From NCBI GenBank assembly GCA_964106915.2, contig OZ066921.1: DNA of 64,000 nt. The stretch is one strand, 5' to 3'. This DNA comes from Podarcis gaigeae (Eukaryota). Under the pieces are notes generated by a model that made no database searches, was not told the DNA's origin, and saw only the letters and a program-made list of their open reading frames with translations. Below are positions 1 through 10,981 of this stretch, piece by piece. How positions within the stretch are numbered: the stretch's first letter is position 1; each line of letters opens with the position of its first letter. Made by a program: the position numbers and the translations under genes.

Positions 1-35
1 TGAGCTTTCGTGTGCATGCACACTTCTTCAGATAC
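1..35 (-). ncRNA. Second hammerhead motif copy (opposite strand), 3' arm of stem I cut by the window edge
   Basis: Reverse complement reads GTATCTGAAGAAGTGTGCATGCACACGAAAGCTCA. Confidence 0.75.
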
Positions 36-574
36 ACTGAAACAGAAGTTTCCAGACCCTTCTATATAGTGAGAAGGTGGGGAGGGGTATTACTCAGAAG
101 GCTGGTGGGAATGGGTGATGGGCAGATAGCTGTGATGAGCCTGTTGACGACTCTTAACGACTGCAATAGGTCTTACAGGAAGAAGCAAGGGGTGAAAAGG
201 TGCAAAATGGCTTTGTCATGTATAATGAGATAAGAATCCAAGGTCTTTGTTCAGGCCAGGTTTCTCCATGGTTTTAAGTTTGGTGATAAGTTGTAATTCA
301 GCAGCTTCTCTTTCCAGTCTATTTCTGAAATTCCTTTGTAGTAAAACAGCTACTTTGAGATCTTGTATAGAATGTCCTGGGAGATTGAAGTGTTCTCCTA
401 CTGGTTTCTCTGTCTTGTGATTTCTGATGTCAGATTTATGTCCGTTTATTCTTTGGCTTAAGGTTTGGCCTGTTTGTCCAATATAGAGAGCTGAAGGACA
501 CTGTTGGCATTTGATGGCATACACAATGTTAGACGATGAGCAATTAAATAGTCCCGAGATGGTATGTGTGATGT
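1..574 (-). mobile_element. Penelope-like retroelement 3' portion (GIY-YIG endonuclease domain + 3' terminal region), 5'-truncated, running off the window start
   Basis: Minus-strand translation ITHTISGLFNCSSSNIVYAIKCQQCPSALYIGQTG...PVGEHFNLPGHS...EREAAELQLI...PGLN is a GIY-YIG domain with a CxxC insert; near-identical (reverse complement) to 20740-21313. Confidence 0.93.
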
Positions 575-707
575 CAGCTATCTGCCAATCACCCATTCCC
601 ACCACCCTTCTGAGTAATACCCCTCCCCACCTTCTCACTATATAGAAGGGTCTGGTGACTTCTGTTTCAGTGTATCTGAAGAAGTGTGCATGCACACGAA
701 AGCTCAT
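216..707 (-). CDS. Chimeric 163-aa ORF: about 44 aa read from the antisense of the inverted pLTR, fused in frame to a complete PLE GIY-YIG endonuclease domain; expression unknown
   Basis: ORF track 216..707; junction at 574/575 (..WQIAD|ITHTISG..); VYA..YIG, Arg, Glu and GLN motif residues retained. Confidence 0.3.
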   Translation of the reverse strand: MSFRVHAHFFRYTETEVTRPFYIVRRWGGVLLRRVVGMGDWQIADITHTISGLFNCSSSNIVYAIKCQQCPSALYIGQTGQTLSQRINGHKSDIRNHKTEKPVGEHFNLPGHSIQDLKVAVLLQRNFRNRLEREAAELQLITKLKTMEKPGLNKDLGFLSHYT

Positions 708-802
708 ACCAAGAACTAACTTAGTTGGTCTTTAAGGTGCTACTGGAAGGATTTTTGTTTTGTTTTGACTATGGCAGACCAACACGGCTACCTATCTGTA
801 AC
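575..802 (+). mobile_element. Inverted pseudo-LTR (terminal repeat) of the same Penelope-like element
   Basis: 575-706 is the reverse complement of 1-132 (about 4 mismatches) and matches 21182-21372 directly; extends past that copy to ...ggctacctatctgtaact. Confidence 0.9.
672..709 (+). ncRNA. Minimal type I hammerhead ribozyme motif in PLE terminal repeat
   Basis: GTAT-CTGAAGA-A-GTGTGCATGCACAC-GAAA-GC-TC-ATAC: stem I GTAT/ATAC, CUGANGA core, hairpin stem II, GAAA, minimal stem III, UC cleavage site after 705. Confidence 0.8.
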
Positions 803-869
803 TAAATCTGAGAAGTGAATAAGTTGTCGTGCAATGGAAGCCATACAAGGTACCTGGTTTGATGGCATC

Positions 870-1325
870 ATTATCATCTACTTATTTATAAACCGTATAA
901 ACCATCACCCTGCATCTGAACAGAGAGGCATATGCAAAATTGTAAATTACAAGAACAGAGCAGTGAGACTAAGCTGAATAAAGCTGTCCAACCAGCTGAA
1001 AACACGATCTAAAATGCCAGGGCAAACAAAAAGGTGTTAGCCTGAATGCAGCGCTTGTGCCAGGGGAAGCACCTCCCTTGGGACAGAGGGCATTTCAGAG
1101 CTGGTGCACCACCTCTCCTTTGCAGATGCATGAGGAACGTCTTCTAAACATGGAACACCCAGAGGTGTCTCCTCACCTGACAATCGTAATGCACAGCTTG
1201 GTACAGGAAGAAGGGATCCTTCAGGTATCCTTTAGGGCTTTCAGGCAAAGGACGCTCACCTTGAACTGGGCTCAGGAGCATACAAGGAGAAAACATAATT
1301 CCTTTAGAACTGGTGTCACATAGCA
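870..1325 (-). mobile_element. Degenerate L2-type LINE 3' fragment
   Basis: Recognised motifs (aaatgccagggcaaacaaaaaggtgtt, ttcagagctggtgcaccac, caccttgaactgggctcagg) typical of squamate L2 antisense; heavily decayed. Confidence 0.55.
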
Positions 1326-1439
1326 TCAAATGGCTCACATGACTCCACCTTGGGAAGCCGTTCCCAGGATGCAGGAGGAGACTAAGGACTCATCCACACT
1401 TCCCTTTGTCCCACAATTTCTTCCTTTTGGTCCATGGCT

Positions 1440-1640
1440 TCTAAGCACGGCTCCAAGACGTTTTTCTTTCGTCCCACTCGTTTCCCCAGAAAACTAGCTA
1501 TTTACTGCTGAATCAGAACAAACGGCAGTTCTCAGAAAACTCAGTTGATATTTGCTCCAATTAAGCAGTAAATAGTGGGTTTTCCCTGGGAAACAAAGCA
1601 AAACTTCTTAAACCCATGCTCAGAAGTCAGGGACCAAACA
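1440..1640. repeat. Old palindromic (MITE-like) repeat, copy 1
   Basis: Internal inverted repeat tttactgctgaatcagaacaaa / tttgctccaattaagcagtaaa; similar to 35500-35770. Confidence 0.55.
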
Positions 1641-2930
1641 GAAGTTTGGACTAGCCCTAAGTCATTTTGTCCTCTCCTGCTCTGTTTGGTTGTGAGAATC
1701 TCAGTGGTGCTGCTCACCTCTTGCAAAGCTTATCTCAGTTCCCGGGCAGAGCTCCTCTAATCACTCAATGACTTGATTCAGCAGCTCAGCTCTTGCGATT
1801 CAGATCTTGCGAGAATTTGCACATGACTGCTGGCCTGATGGTTTTAGAGAAGGAGAGAGTTGCTCTACAGCAATTTAAATGGAGCGGAAATGAAAGCAAG
1901 TGACAAATTCGTCAGGAGGGTAGCTGAACAATTGTATCAATAATGTAATATCCAAAGAGGTCAGCTTAACAGGTCTCCCATACATAATACATTTTTCAGT
2001 GCCTGCGTGATTCTGGGATGCAAGCCGCAGCCTTGAAGAGAAAACCCTGAGGGAGAAGTTTCATGGCAGCTTTCTTAAAAGTGTGGCATTTGCGCAACCA
2101 GGAGCCTCCTTCTCTCTGCTCTGTTTAAATTAGTAGGAAGTAATTTAGAGTGAGGAAAATAAACCCTCTGGATGCTATAAATTAAGAAAGCAAGCGTTCC
2201 ACATTTCCCAACATAACTTTAAATAAAAGCAAACCCTCCCTCAACCCCACACCAGCCTTTTGTGCATGTTGCCAAGAGATTTTAGCAGGAGAAGGACTTT
2301 ATAGTCGAAAATCCCATATAACGTACTCCAAATTACCTAGCACTCATTTAAAACAATTACAGTTTTTATCCTTGGATATTTTTTTAAAAAAGATTGTTCA
2401 CTGTGGTTTAAAGAAAAAACAAAAACTGGAGGCTTAGAAAAACCCACTGTTTAATTTTTATAGCTCTAAGGGGGAGAGTGTTGCTGCATGATATGGAACG
2501 TTGACTACTACCTCAAACAATGCAGGCGATGGAGAGGGTCTGAGTAAGTTCCACTGAACAGGAATTGGACCTGGGAACCTGGGTGTCCAGAGGGGGAGGC
2601 ACCCCCAGAATAAATAATGTTCCCCAGATATCCAGCTTCATTTCTTTTTTCAAAGAGTTAGTTTCTTAGCATTTGTAGAAGAATTATTCTTCTGGTTCCC
2701 CCCCCCCTTTTTTGGTTGTGATACTAGCCAGCTTCCCCTTTCAGTATTTTCCCTTGCCCTCCCTCCCTGGGGAAATCCCTGCAGATGTCCAGAAATTCGT
2801 CCATTGATCAGCTCAGCAATTGACACACATTATTTTGTAAATTTGGCAACAACACTGTAGAGTAGGGCAGTGTTATTACTCCCGCACAACAGGATTTGAA
2901 ACAGGGGTTTTCCAATTTGTGTCAGACTTT

Positions 2931-2932
<2 letters not shown>

Positions 2933-2974
<42 letters not shown>
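2933..2974. repeat. (TAA)n microsatellite, tail of adjacent LINE fragment
   Basis: Direct reading. Confidence 0.95.
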
Positions 2975-3104
2975 TTATTATTTATACCACGCCTATCTGG
3001 CTGGGTTTCCCCAGCCACTCTGGGCGGCTTCCGACAACATATTAAAATACAATAGTGTGTCAAACATTAAAAGTTTCCCTAAACAGGGCTGCCTTCAGAT
3101 GTCT
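2975..3104 (-). mobile_element. L2-type LINE extreme 3' end
   Basis: tttataccacgcctatctggctgggtttccccagccactctgggcggct...ccctaaacagggctgccttcagatgtct abutting a simple-repeat tail. Confidence 0.65.
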
Positions 3105-3410
3105 TTGGGGGTGCTTTTTTTGATGTAAAACCATGAACATCTGGAGGGGACTGTACCAGGATCCCTTCCAAAGACACAGAAGATGTAAGCTGGGGATACA
3201 CTTCTGGGATTCCCACTTTGGGTTAGATCAGCTTTCCTCAACCTGGTAACCTTCTGGCTGTTCTGGATTACAACTACGACCCGGCCTCAGACAGCACAGC
3301 TGATGGGAGTTCAAAACAGCGAGAGGGTTCTGGGTTGGGGAAGCCTGGCTTACACTATAACAAAATGTGCTGGTCCTTAGGGTGCCATATGACTCTTGGT
3401 AATTTCAGAA

Positions 3411-3783
3411 CAGGGATGGGGAACCCCAGTCCTCAGGTGGAATGTGGTCCTCTAAGCCTCTCTATTTGGCCCTTGGGAATATTTCTAGGTCACAACTCCT
3501 CCCAGGCCACCTCCTCTTGTCTGCAGGCCCCACCCCTCACTGTCCCTGCTTCGCACCTTCTTTGTGTGCTTTTGCCTGGCTGGGATGTGGCCTTGAAGAC
3601 TGACAATGTCTCTTCATTGCCTGGATGGAGAATGGAGAGGTGTGTATCTATCAATCAATCAATCAATCAATCAATCTACGGTACAAAGTTAAAACTCGCA
3701 CCCATTGCTCTGCCCATTTTGACTACTAACCCCGCCCACCATGGCATGTGGCCCTTGGCATGAGAAAGGGGACCCCACCCCTG
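3411..3783. mobile_element. Non-autonomous hAT-like DNA transposon (degenerate)
   Basis: Imperfect TIRs cagggatggggaacc / ggggaccccacccctg; internal (ATCA)n at about 3650-3675. Confidence 0.55.
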
Positions 3784-4529
3784 TTTTGGAGCAAGAGAGT
3801 CTAACAGCTGCATATCAAGCACCAGCCTCCAACTGCCCCACTTGGCTTCAGTGCCCTTTGACCGGGAGATCCATTTGGTTAGGCTGCCCACCGCCTCACC
3901 CTGGAGAGCAGTGCTGCCAGAGCCCTCCAATCCCTCTATTTGCCCATCCCCAGACGGCTTCTGTCCTGCCGGCTGTTACTCTTCTAATCTTGAGTAATTG
4001 GATTTACAGGGAGTGCTGTATCCAATTACGGAATCCTAATTAAAGGACCAAAGTTACAAGTGTGATGTGTCTTGCTTTCAGCAATTATGATTAATTTTGC
4101 CAGAATACACACGCAGACGTTGATTATGGGATCTGCAGGCAAACAGGAGCTGAATGCTGATAATTGAGCCATCAGCAGGGGGAAGAAAAGTACTCTGGCA
4201 CCCAGGGGGATGATGGCATTTCTGTATAGGCCTCTGTTTCTGTGGGGTGGGAGGAGGAGGGGGAAGAGAGCCCCCCCTGATGCTGTCAACATGGATGGTG
4301 CAAAGGGACAAAGTGGTGGTGCAGCTCAAGCAGCTGACTTCTTGAAACATCACGTCTCCTTTTCACAGACTTTGCAATGTGGCAACTGGAAAAGCCTGAG
4401 GGGGAAAGGGTCACGGAAAAGAAGATTTGGCAAATGGGTTTTCCACATGCTCACAGGCTGACAGTCTTCCACCATCTCAGTCTGGCTAATAGCTTTGGTG
4501 TTTGGTGTTGTGGTTTTGCCTCTGCCTGC

Positions 4530-4620
4530 CCCATGGAGAGCCACTTCTAGTCAGTGTGGACAGTACTGAGCTAGATGGACTGTTGGTCTGACTCAGTATA
4601 AGGCAGCTTCCTATATTCCC
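4530..4620 (+). mobile_element. 3' part of a squamate tRNA-derived SINE with CR1-type tail (related copies at about 7885-8010, 31220-31345, 46690-46810)
   Basis: Recurrent motif ggagagcc..ctagtcagtgtggacagtactgagctagatggac...gtataaggcagcttccta. Confidence 0.55.
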
Positions 4621-4651
4621 ATGCAAAATAAGCTTGGGCTATTGGCATGAA

Positions 4652-5127
4652 AAAGCATCTTAAAAAGCAGAGACATCACCTTTTAGTTAAAGCTATGGTT
4701 TTCCCAGTAGTGATGTATGGAAGTGAGAGCTGGACCATCAAGAAGGCTGATCGCCGAAGAATTGATGCTTTTGAATTATGGTGCTGGAGGAGACTCTTGA
4801 GAGTCCCATGGACTGCAAGAAGATCAAACCTATCCATTCTGAAGGAAATCAGCCCTGAGTGCTCACTGGAAAGACAGAACCTGAAGCTGAGGCTCCAGTA
4901 CTTTGGCCACCTCATGAGAAGACCCTGGAAAAGACCCTGATGTTGGGAAAGATGGAGGGCACAAGGAGAAGGGGACGACAGAGGATGAGATGGTTGGATA
5001 GTGTTCTTGAAGCTACCAGCATGAGTTTGACCAAACTGCGGGAGGCAGTGGAAGACAGGAGTGCCTGGCGTGCTCTGGTCCATGGGGTCACGAAGAGTCG
5101 GACACGACTAAACGACTAAATAACAAC
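4652..5127 (+). mobile_element. BovB (RTE clade) LINE, 5'-truncated 3' end
   Basis: Translates LVKAMVFPVVMYGSESWTIKKADRRRIDAFELWCWRRLLRVPWTARRSN and LEKTLMLGKMEGTRRRGRQRMRWLD; (CAA) tail; 11-bp TSD ATTGGCATGAA at 4641-4651 and 5128-5138. Confidence 0.95.
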
Positions 5128-7380
5128 ATTGGCATGAAGGATATAAGCAGAACCTTCCTGCTTATGACACATCCTGGAACGGACAGTGCAGGTGGTTATT
5201 GTAAAGGTCTTCTGACTCCTATCTGCATCTTCAGTCCAGCAGTCTCCTCACATGTGATTCCTTTTTTTATGGGTTTCCTATTTCATGCTAGCAATTTTAA
5301 ATGGTAACACTTTTAGAGCATGTACTTCTAATGAAAAGCTAAAGGCTGCCTCAGAGATATTTTCAAGCTCATTGTGCTTTACCAGTTGAACTTCTGCAGC
5401 CAGAAGAAAGGACCACTTATTCCCAGGAAACCATGCATAACATTGCAGCCAATTTGGTTCTAATAAACTGGCTGTTGTGCTCTGTTCATCTGCTGTTTGG
5501 TGTGGATACCAACACAGCTGCTTTTCTGGCCTCTACTTGGAGACAGAGAGATAAGATTTGTCCTGATGAGCTCCAGCACTTCAGAATTTGCCACTATCCC
5601 CCTGTGATTCTGAAAGGAGCCATGTTGAACCAGCAGTTCCAAAGGTTGCATTTTTTAGAGATGGGAATGGAAGAGAAGAAACCATGGACAGCTCTCTTGT
5701 GTCAAAACAGTCTGGTGTTGCTCAACATATTCTGCACCATTTCTTTCTAGTGTAAAGAGAGAGGCCTAGTGCGTAAGCAGAAGGCACAACAGCTTCCTCA
5801 CCCTTGATGCAAACCCAGCAACTCCTGACCACCATAATTTACATGTCAGGAAGAAGAAAAAAGCTGGTTCAGCCACCATTCTTGCCAGCTTGCCGCCCCC
5901 CAATACTTCAGGCATATTCAAAAAATATGCTTTTGGAACCAGCACATGAATGTTTATCACCACCCACCATATGCATGTTTAAAAGAAACATTTTTTAAAG
6001 GAGCTGCAAAAACTGATCCAGGGATTTCAAGGCGGATGGTTGGTTGGTGACATCATGGGCACCAGCCAGTTGGAACTGTTCACAGCCTCCTTCTGCTATA
6101 AACTTGCAGAACAGAAGGCATATTTGAAATAGTGAAGCTGCTTCCTAACCACCCCCAGATGTTACACCTGCCTTCTCCCGAGATGTACATGTAAGGCCAA
6201 CCCTCTCCTTGCCATAATTATACCTGTGTATATGTGCATTTAGAGGGTTTAGCCATCTGGCATTTACCTTTATTCTCTATAAAAAACCCCAGCCTGCTTC
6301 TGAAGCGGAAGGGTGGGTTGCAACATCTCAAAGCAATCATGTTTTCAAGAGCCCCCGTGGCCCCGACGGCATCTTCTCCCAGAATCAGTCCCAGGTATTG
6401 TGTGATCCTGGCAAAAGGATTACAAGTGAAGTGGGTTGCTGAGGGATTTCGGTGCTGGAGAAGAAAGGGCAGTGCAGGCGTTGGGTGCCTTGAAACATTT
6501 GTTTGGGGGAGGTGGGGAAGGGGTAGGCATGCGAGATGGTTCACCAACGTCTCAATAATGGATGTAAAATAAAAAGGATGGGAGAGGAAGAACACCCCCA
6601 CATTTTATCTGTTTTCTCCTCCCCTTCCCCCTGTTTTCAAATAGACAATTTGATCGAAACAAAGGAGCAGGCAGAGCCTTTGGATGCAGGCAGGTAATTA
6701 TAGTTCTTGCCTGGTCTGATTTGGGTAAGCGCTGCCTTCATCAAAGGAAGGGAACTTTGGGGAGTTGGGGAGGGGGGAATCTTTTGTTCTTCATAGCAGG
6801 CTAGGATCAGGCGGGATGGGCTGTGGGGAGCAAACAGCAACACAAAGCAAAATGAAGGCTCAAAACGATGTCTTCTAGCTCACAAAAGAAATAAGGAATG
6901 AAGTGGGGGCACCCAGGAAAAAAACCAGGAACCTCAGTGGAATACAGAACAGCGGAGGACAGGATTCTGGCAGGAGAATGAGCAGCTCCTCAGAAGGTCT
7001 GAAATAGAAAACAAGGAGGTGAAGGTGGGGGAGAGTGTTTTAGAGGCACAATTTGAATTACTGCAGTGTGGTGTAGTGGTTAGAGCAATCTGCCCCAACG
7101 TAGTGTTTTGGACTACAACTCCCACCAACCCCAGACAGCAAATGGGGAGTGGTCACTCAAAACATCTAGAAGGCACCTGGATGGGGAGGGCTGGGTTAGA
7201 GTGTTGGATAAAAGCAAGGGAGAACCTTGTTCAGATCCATGCTCAGTCATGAAGCTCAGCAGACAATGTTGGGTCAATTGCTCTTTCCCAAACTCATCCA
7301 CCTTGCAGGGTTGTTGTGAGAATAATGTGCAGAAATTGTAGGAGAAAAAGGATAATAATATATACTTGGTTGTTGTCTCA

Positions 7381-7473
7381 CAACCCAATCCTATGCATAT
7401 TTACTCATAAGTTAAGACCAACTGAATTCAATGGGGCTTACTCCCAACTAAATGTGCATAGGGATTGCAGCCT
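7381..7473. repeat. Short palindromic interspersed repeat
   Basis: caatcctatgcatattta ... taaatgtgcatagggattg arms around an ttcaatgggg core. Confidence 0.55.
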
Positions 7474-8150
7474 TGATGGCTGTTTCTGCCACCCCCGCTA
7501 TCACTCCCCTGCAACATAACTTTGTTCCAACTCTCTGACTCCAGATCTTATTATATACTTACCTGTGACCTTTACTTGCTCTTAGCCACCCAGGGGTCTC
7601 CTGCTCTAATAAATTACTCCATTCATTCCTCCTTATTGCTCCTACCTATTGCCTAAAATACTCTCCCAGTTTCTCGATGCAGTGCAAATCAGGTCACCCT
7701 GGAAGTCATTGCACCTTCACACTCTCCGTCTGGGCAATTTCTTGCTGAATAAAGGCACAAGCTACCCCTTTGCCCTTCCTGCAGGGCCTGTCCTACTGTT
7801 AGGCAGAATGAGGTGGCAACATGTCTTGGTCTGCCCCTGACTTCCAGACAGCTTGCCTGCCTGGCTCAATAGGGGAAGGGCCACACCTCTGGCATCTCTG
7901 TATAGGACTGAGAGAGCCCCTTGTCTCAAATCCTGGAGGGTAGCTCCAATATTGTGCTTGATGAACCAATGGTTCCAATTCTGTATAAGGCAGCTTCCTA
8001 GATTCCTGCTCCTTTGCTCCACATATGAGCTGCTTTCCCAGAAACTGGAAAACTGTCGCGTGCCTGTACTTGGACCTGGACGCTTACTAGAATGCTTCAC
8101 AGAAAACCATCCACACACACCCCAACCCAGCCTAGGAAAAGACACTTCAA

Positions 8151-8268
8151 GAAACAATTGATGCTGCTTTTTATTTATCGAAACAATTGGTGCCTAATTT
8201 TATTTATTGAGACAATTGAGGCTTAATTTTATTTATTGAAACAATTGGTGCTTAATTTTATTTATTGA
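8151..8268. repeat. 29-bp minisatellite, 4 units
   Basis: Units start at 8151, 8180, 8209, 8238; consensus GAAACAATTGGTGCTTAATTTTATTTATT. Confidence 0.92.
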
Positions 8269-8714
8269 TGTAAGATTGCATATAACCCCCTCCCTTTCTA
8301 TTTGCAAAAGTCCCAGGGTGACTGTCAAATGGAAGATAAAACAATTACAAATACCATAGAAATCCATACGGATAAACCAAAGAAACAGTAAAAATAGATC
8401 TGTAGGAGAAGCAGCGTAATCAATACAACCACCAGCTAGATGATGTACCGGGAAGCCTGGACAGATAAGATACATTCACTGGGCATCAGAAAGGCATTAG
8501 GTTCAGTGCCAGGTGAGCCACCCTGGGGAGGGCACTCCATTGCATGTGGTGTGTGTGCCACAAATTAGAAGCCCCTTCCCTGGGCACCACTTGCCTAACT
8601 TCAGAAAGCTTGAAAAAGGCTCTCTAAAGGCAAGTGTAACATACAGACTGGATTCAGCAGCCTAGTCTTGAGGTTACCACTGTAAGCATGACCAAGATCA
8701 AGGGCTTGAGCAGC

Positions 8715-8834
8715 ATTCCCCAAGTTGCTGCCCTCCAGGTGTTTTGGACTACAGCTCCCATCAGCTGTGACAACCAGGGCTGATGGGAATTGTAGTCCAA
8801 AACATCAGGAGGGTTTCAGCTTGGGGAAGGCTGC
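8715..8834. mobile_element. Degenerate palindromic hAT-type MITE (further decayed copies at about 3228-3350, 7088-7195, 36345-36482, 38315-38445, 60810-60925)
   Basis: ttttggactacagctcccatca / tgatgggaattgtagtccaaaa inverted arms shared with 10982-11117. Confidence 0.7.
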
Positions 8835-9095
8835 GTATGAGGTCTCTGAAGTTGTCGGTCCACACTGCAGTCTGGAATGTTTGAGTTGACCTGTGAGGAT
8901 TGGTGGAGATGGTCTTAGCTTTGTGGGTGAGCAAACTGAGATAGATGGCCTTTTGGTCTTTATGAGTTCTTAGCAGTGGCAGCTGGTACCCGCTGGACTG
9001 AGCAGGGCTGCCAGGAAGTCACTGGGGCCTGGCCAGTTGTTTGGTTTTCTCTCCATCCCCTTCCCTTCCAAAGACACCATGGACACTTAATTACA

Positions 9096-9438
9096 GTAAA
9101 GGGACCCCTGACCATTAGGTCCAGTCGTGACTGACTCTGGGGTTGTGACGCTCATCTCGCTTTATTGGCCGAGGGAGCTGGCGTACAGCTTCTGGGTCAT
9201 GTGGCCAGCATGACTAAGCCGCTTCTGGCAAACCAGAGCAGCACACGGAAACACCGTTTACCTTCCTGCCGGAACGGTACCTATTTATCTACTTGCGCTT
9301 TGACGTGCTTTCAAACTGCTAGGTTGGCAGGAGCAGGGACCGAGCAACTGGAGCTCACCCCGTTGTGGGGATTCGAACCGCTGACCTTCTGATCGGCAAG
9401 TCCTAGGCACTGTGGTTTAACCCACAGCGCCACCCGTG
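9096..9438 (-). mobile_element. Sauria SINE, near full length
   Basis: tRNA-like head (ggtggcgctgtgggttaaacc...ggttcgaatcccc) and ACCTTT-type tail on the minus strand; high similarity to four other copies. Confidence 0.92.
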
Positions 9439-10981
9439 TGCTGTTGTACAAATACTTAGCACCTTAAAAACTCAACAAATTTATTATGACATAAGCTTTC
9501 TTGGGCTACAGGTCGTTTCTCAGATGCACCATTCTCGCTAATCCATGAAATCTGACATAATTATACATTTGGTAATAATCATTTTGCTTCTGCTGTAAGC
9601 CATAGTTAGTTGGCTACCCCTTTGATTGAAAGTGTACCACAGTAATATACCTCATACCATACAAGGAGACTGTGGCAGAGGGGAGGAATCTTAAATTGGG
9701 CCTCTAGATCTTCCAGTGGGCTGGCTTTTTTAAAAAATGTTAAAAGTAAAGACTTTTCTAATTGGCTTACCGAGAAGGAAAATGTGTAGACATGATTAGG
9801 AATTATGAACCTTGAAAATAAATTAGCCTTCTACCTGTAGATCTTCTGGTGGGCTCCAATTTTTTTAAGCAACCAATCTCACCTTTCGCCACCATCCCAT
9901 TGGCTTTTCCTTTTGTTCCTCCAGGCCTACTAAACTGGGTCAGCATATTTTCCTCATGAACCACATCCCATGTGTATTCTTACCTGCTTGCCTTTCCTGT
10001 CAATCTCCCTCTCTCCCCTCTGGAGACTAGTTTTCCACCAGTTGAGCCTTGGACCTGTCACACGTGCAGACCACCACCTTGGGGTACCCTTCATTGCACT
10101 GGCCAGCCCTTCAAGACTCCAGCTCCCAAAGGGAGGCCCTTTCCTCTGCCCAGGATAACATATTCTGCTTTTGACATCTGCTGCAACCCTCCGGGAAGCC
10201 TGACACAAGAGGGAACGGTGGTTGTTGTTTTAACCTGCCTGGAATGAATCTTAAACAGGCACCCTTTGGATATGGACCATGCGCAAAAAAGTTTGGAGGC
10301 TTTGAGAAGCTGAGCCCCTGCTGCTGATACTTCCTTACATGCCCCGGCACAGGGAGGGGGCCACTGAGCTACTACCCTGAGGATTTTGGAAGGAGCTTCT
10401 CACCTTCGTTTTCCTAGAGCAAGGGCTTTAGAAGATACTCCGGATTTTTCACAGCCTGCTTAGTGGTTTCAGATGATGCTCAGTGCTGGAGCTTATAAGG
10501 CGATTAAACTCCTTGATTTATTTAATTCCACTTTGGAGTTTTAGTCAGGGAGATGAGCAACCAATTGCATGTGTCGACATAGGTGCAAATGTGCAAGAGC
10601 TGAAGCAAATGGGATACATTCCCAGCGGAGGCGGCGGCTGCTGTATTAGCATTTAGTATTTTAGAGAACCAGGGAGTGTTGTTCAGAGACTCACAAGGAC
10701 AGCCTCTGGCTTACTAGCATAACACTCAGGGCAGCGGTGATAGCTCCTGGGCTGCTGCTACCTCCTTAAAAGCTTATGCTTTTGGTCAGTCTGGTGAATA
10801 AGCAGTCTCCAGATCTGCCTTCATCTATCAGGTGCCCTCCAGATGTTTTAGCCAACAAGCCCCATCAGTCTCAAAAAGCAGAGCTGTGCTCCCATTACCC
10901 CCAGCATCATATGGCTGCACTGCCTAGAGTTGTAGACCAAAATTTCCAGAAGGCACCAGGCTGGCAATGGGTGCTCTAGAC

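Noticed and set aside
12-233. 73-aa ORF (and the similar 21111..21314 ORF)
   Set aside because: Antisense reading of the PLE 3' terminal region; recurrence reflects the repeat, not coding constraint
1400-1425. miR-204/211-like start TTCCCTTTGTC
   Set aside because: Match ends after 11 nt and I see no supporting hairpin
8151-8268. CRISPR-like array (29-bp repeats; also 32-bp repeats at 22381)
   Set aside because: Units are head-to-tail with no unique spacers, there are no cas genes, and the context is eukaryotic
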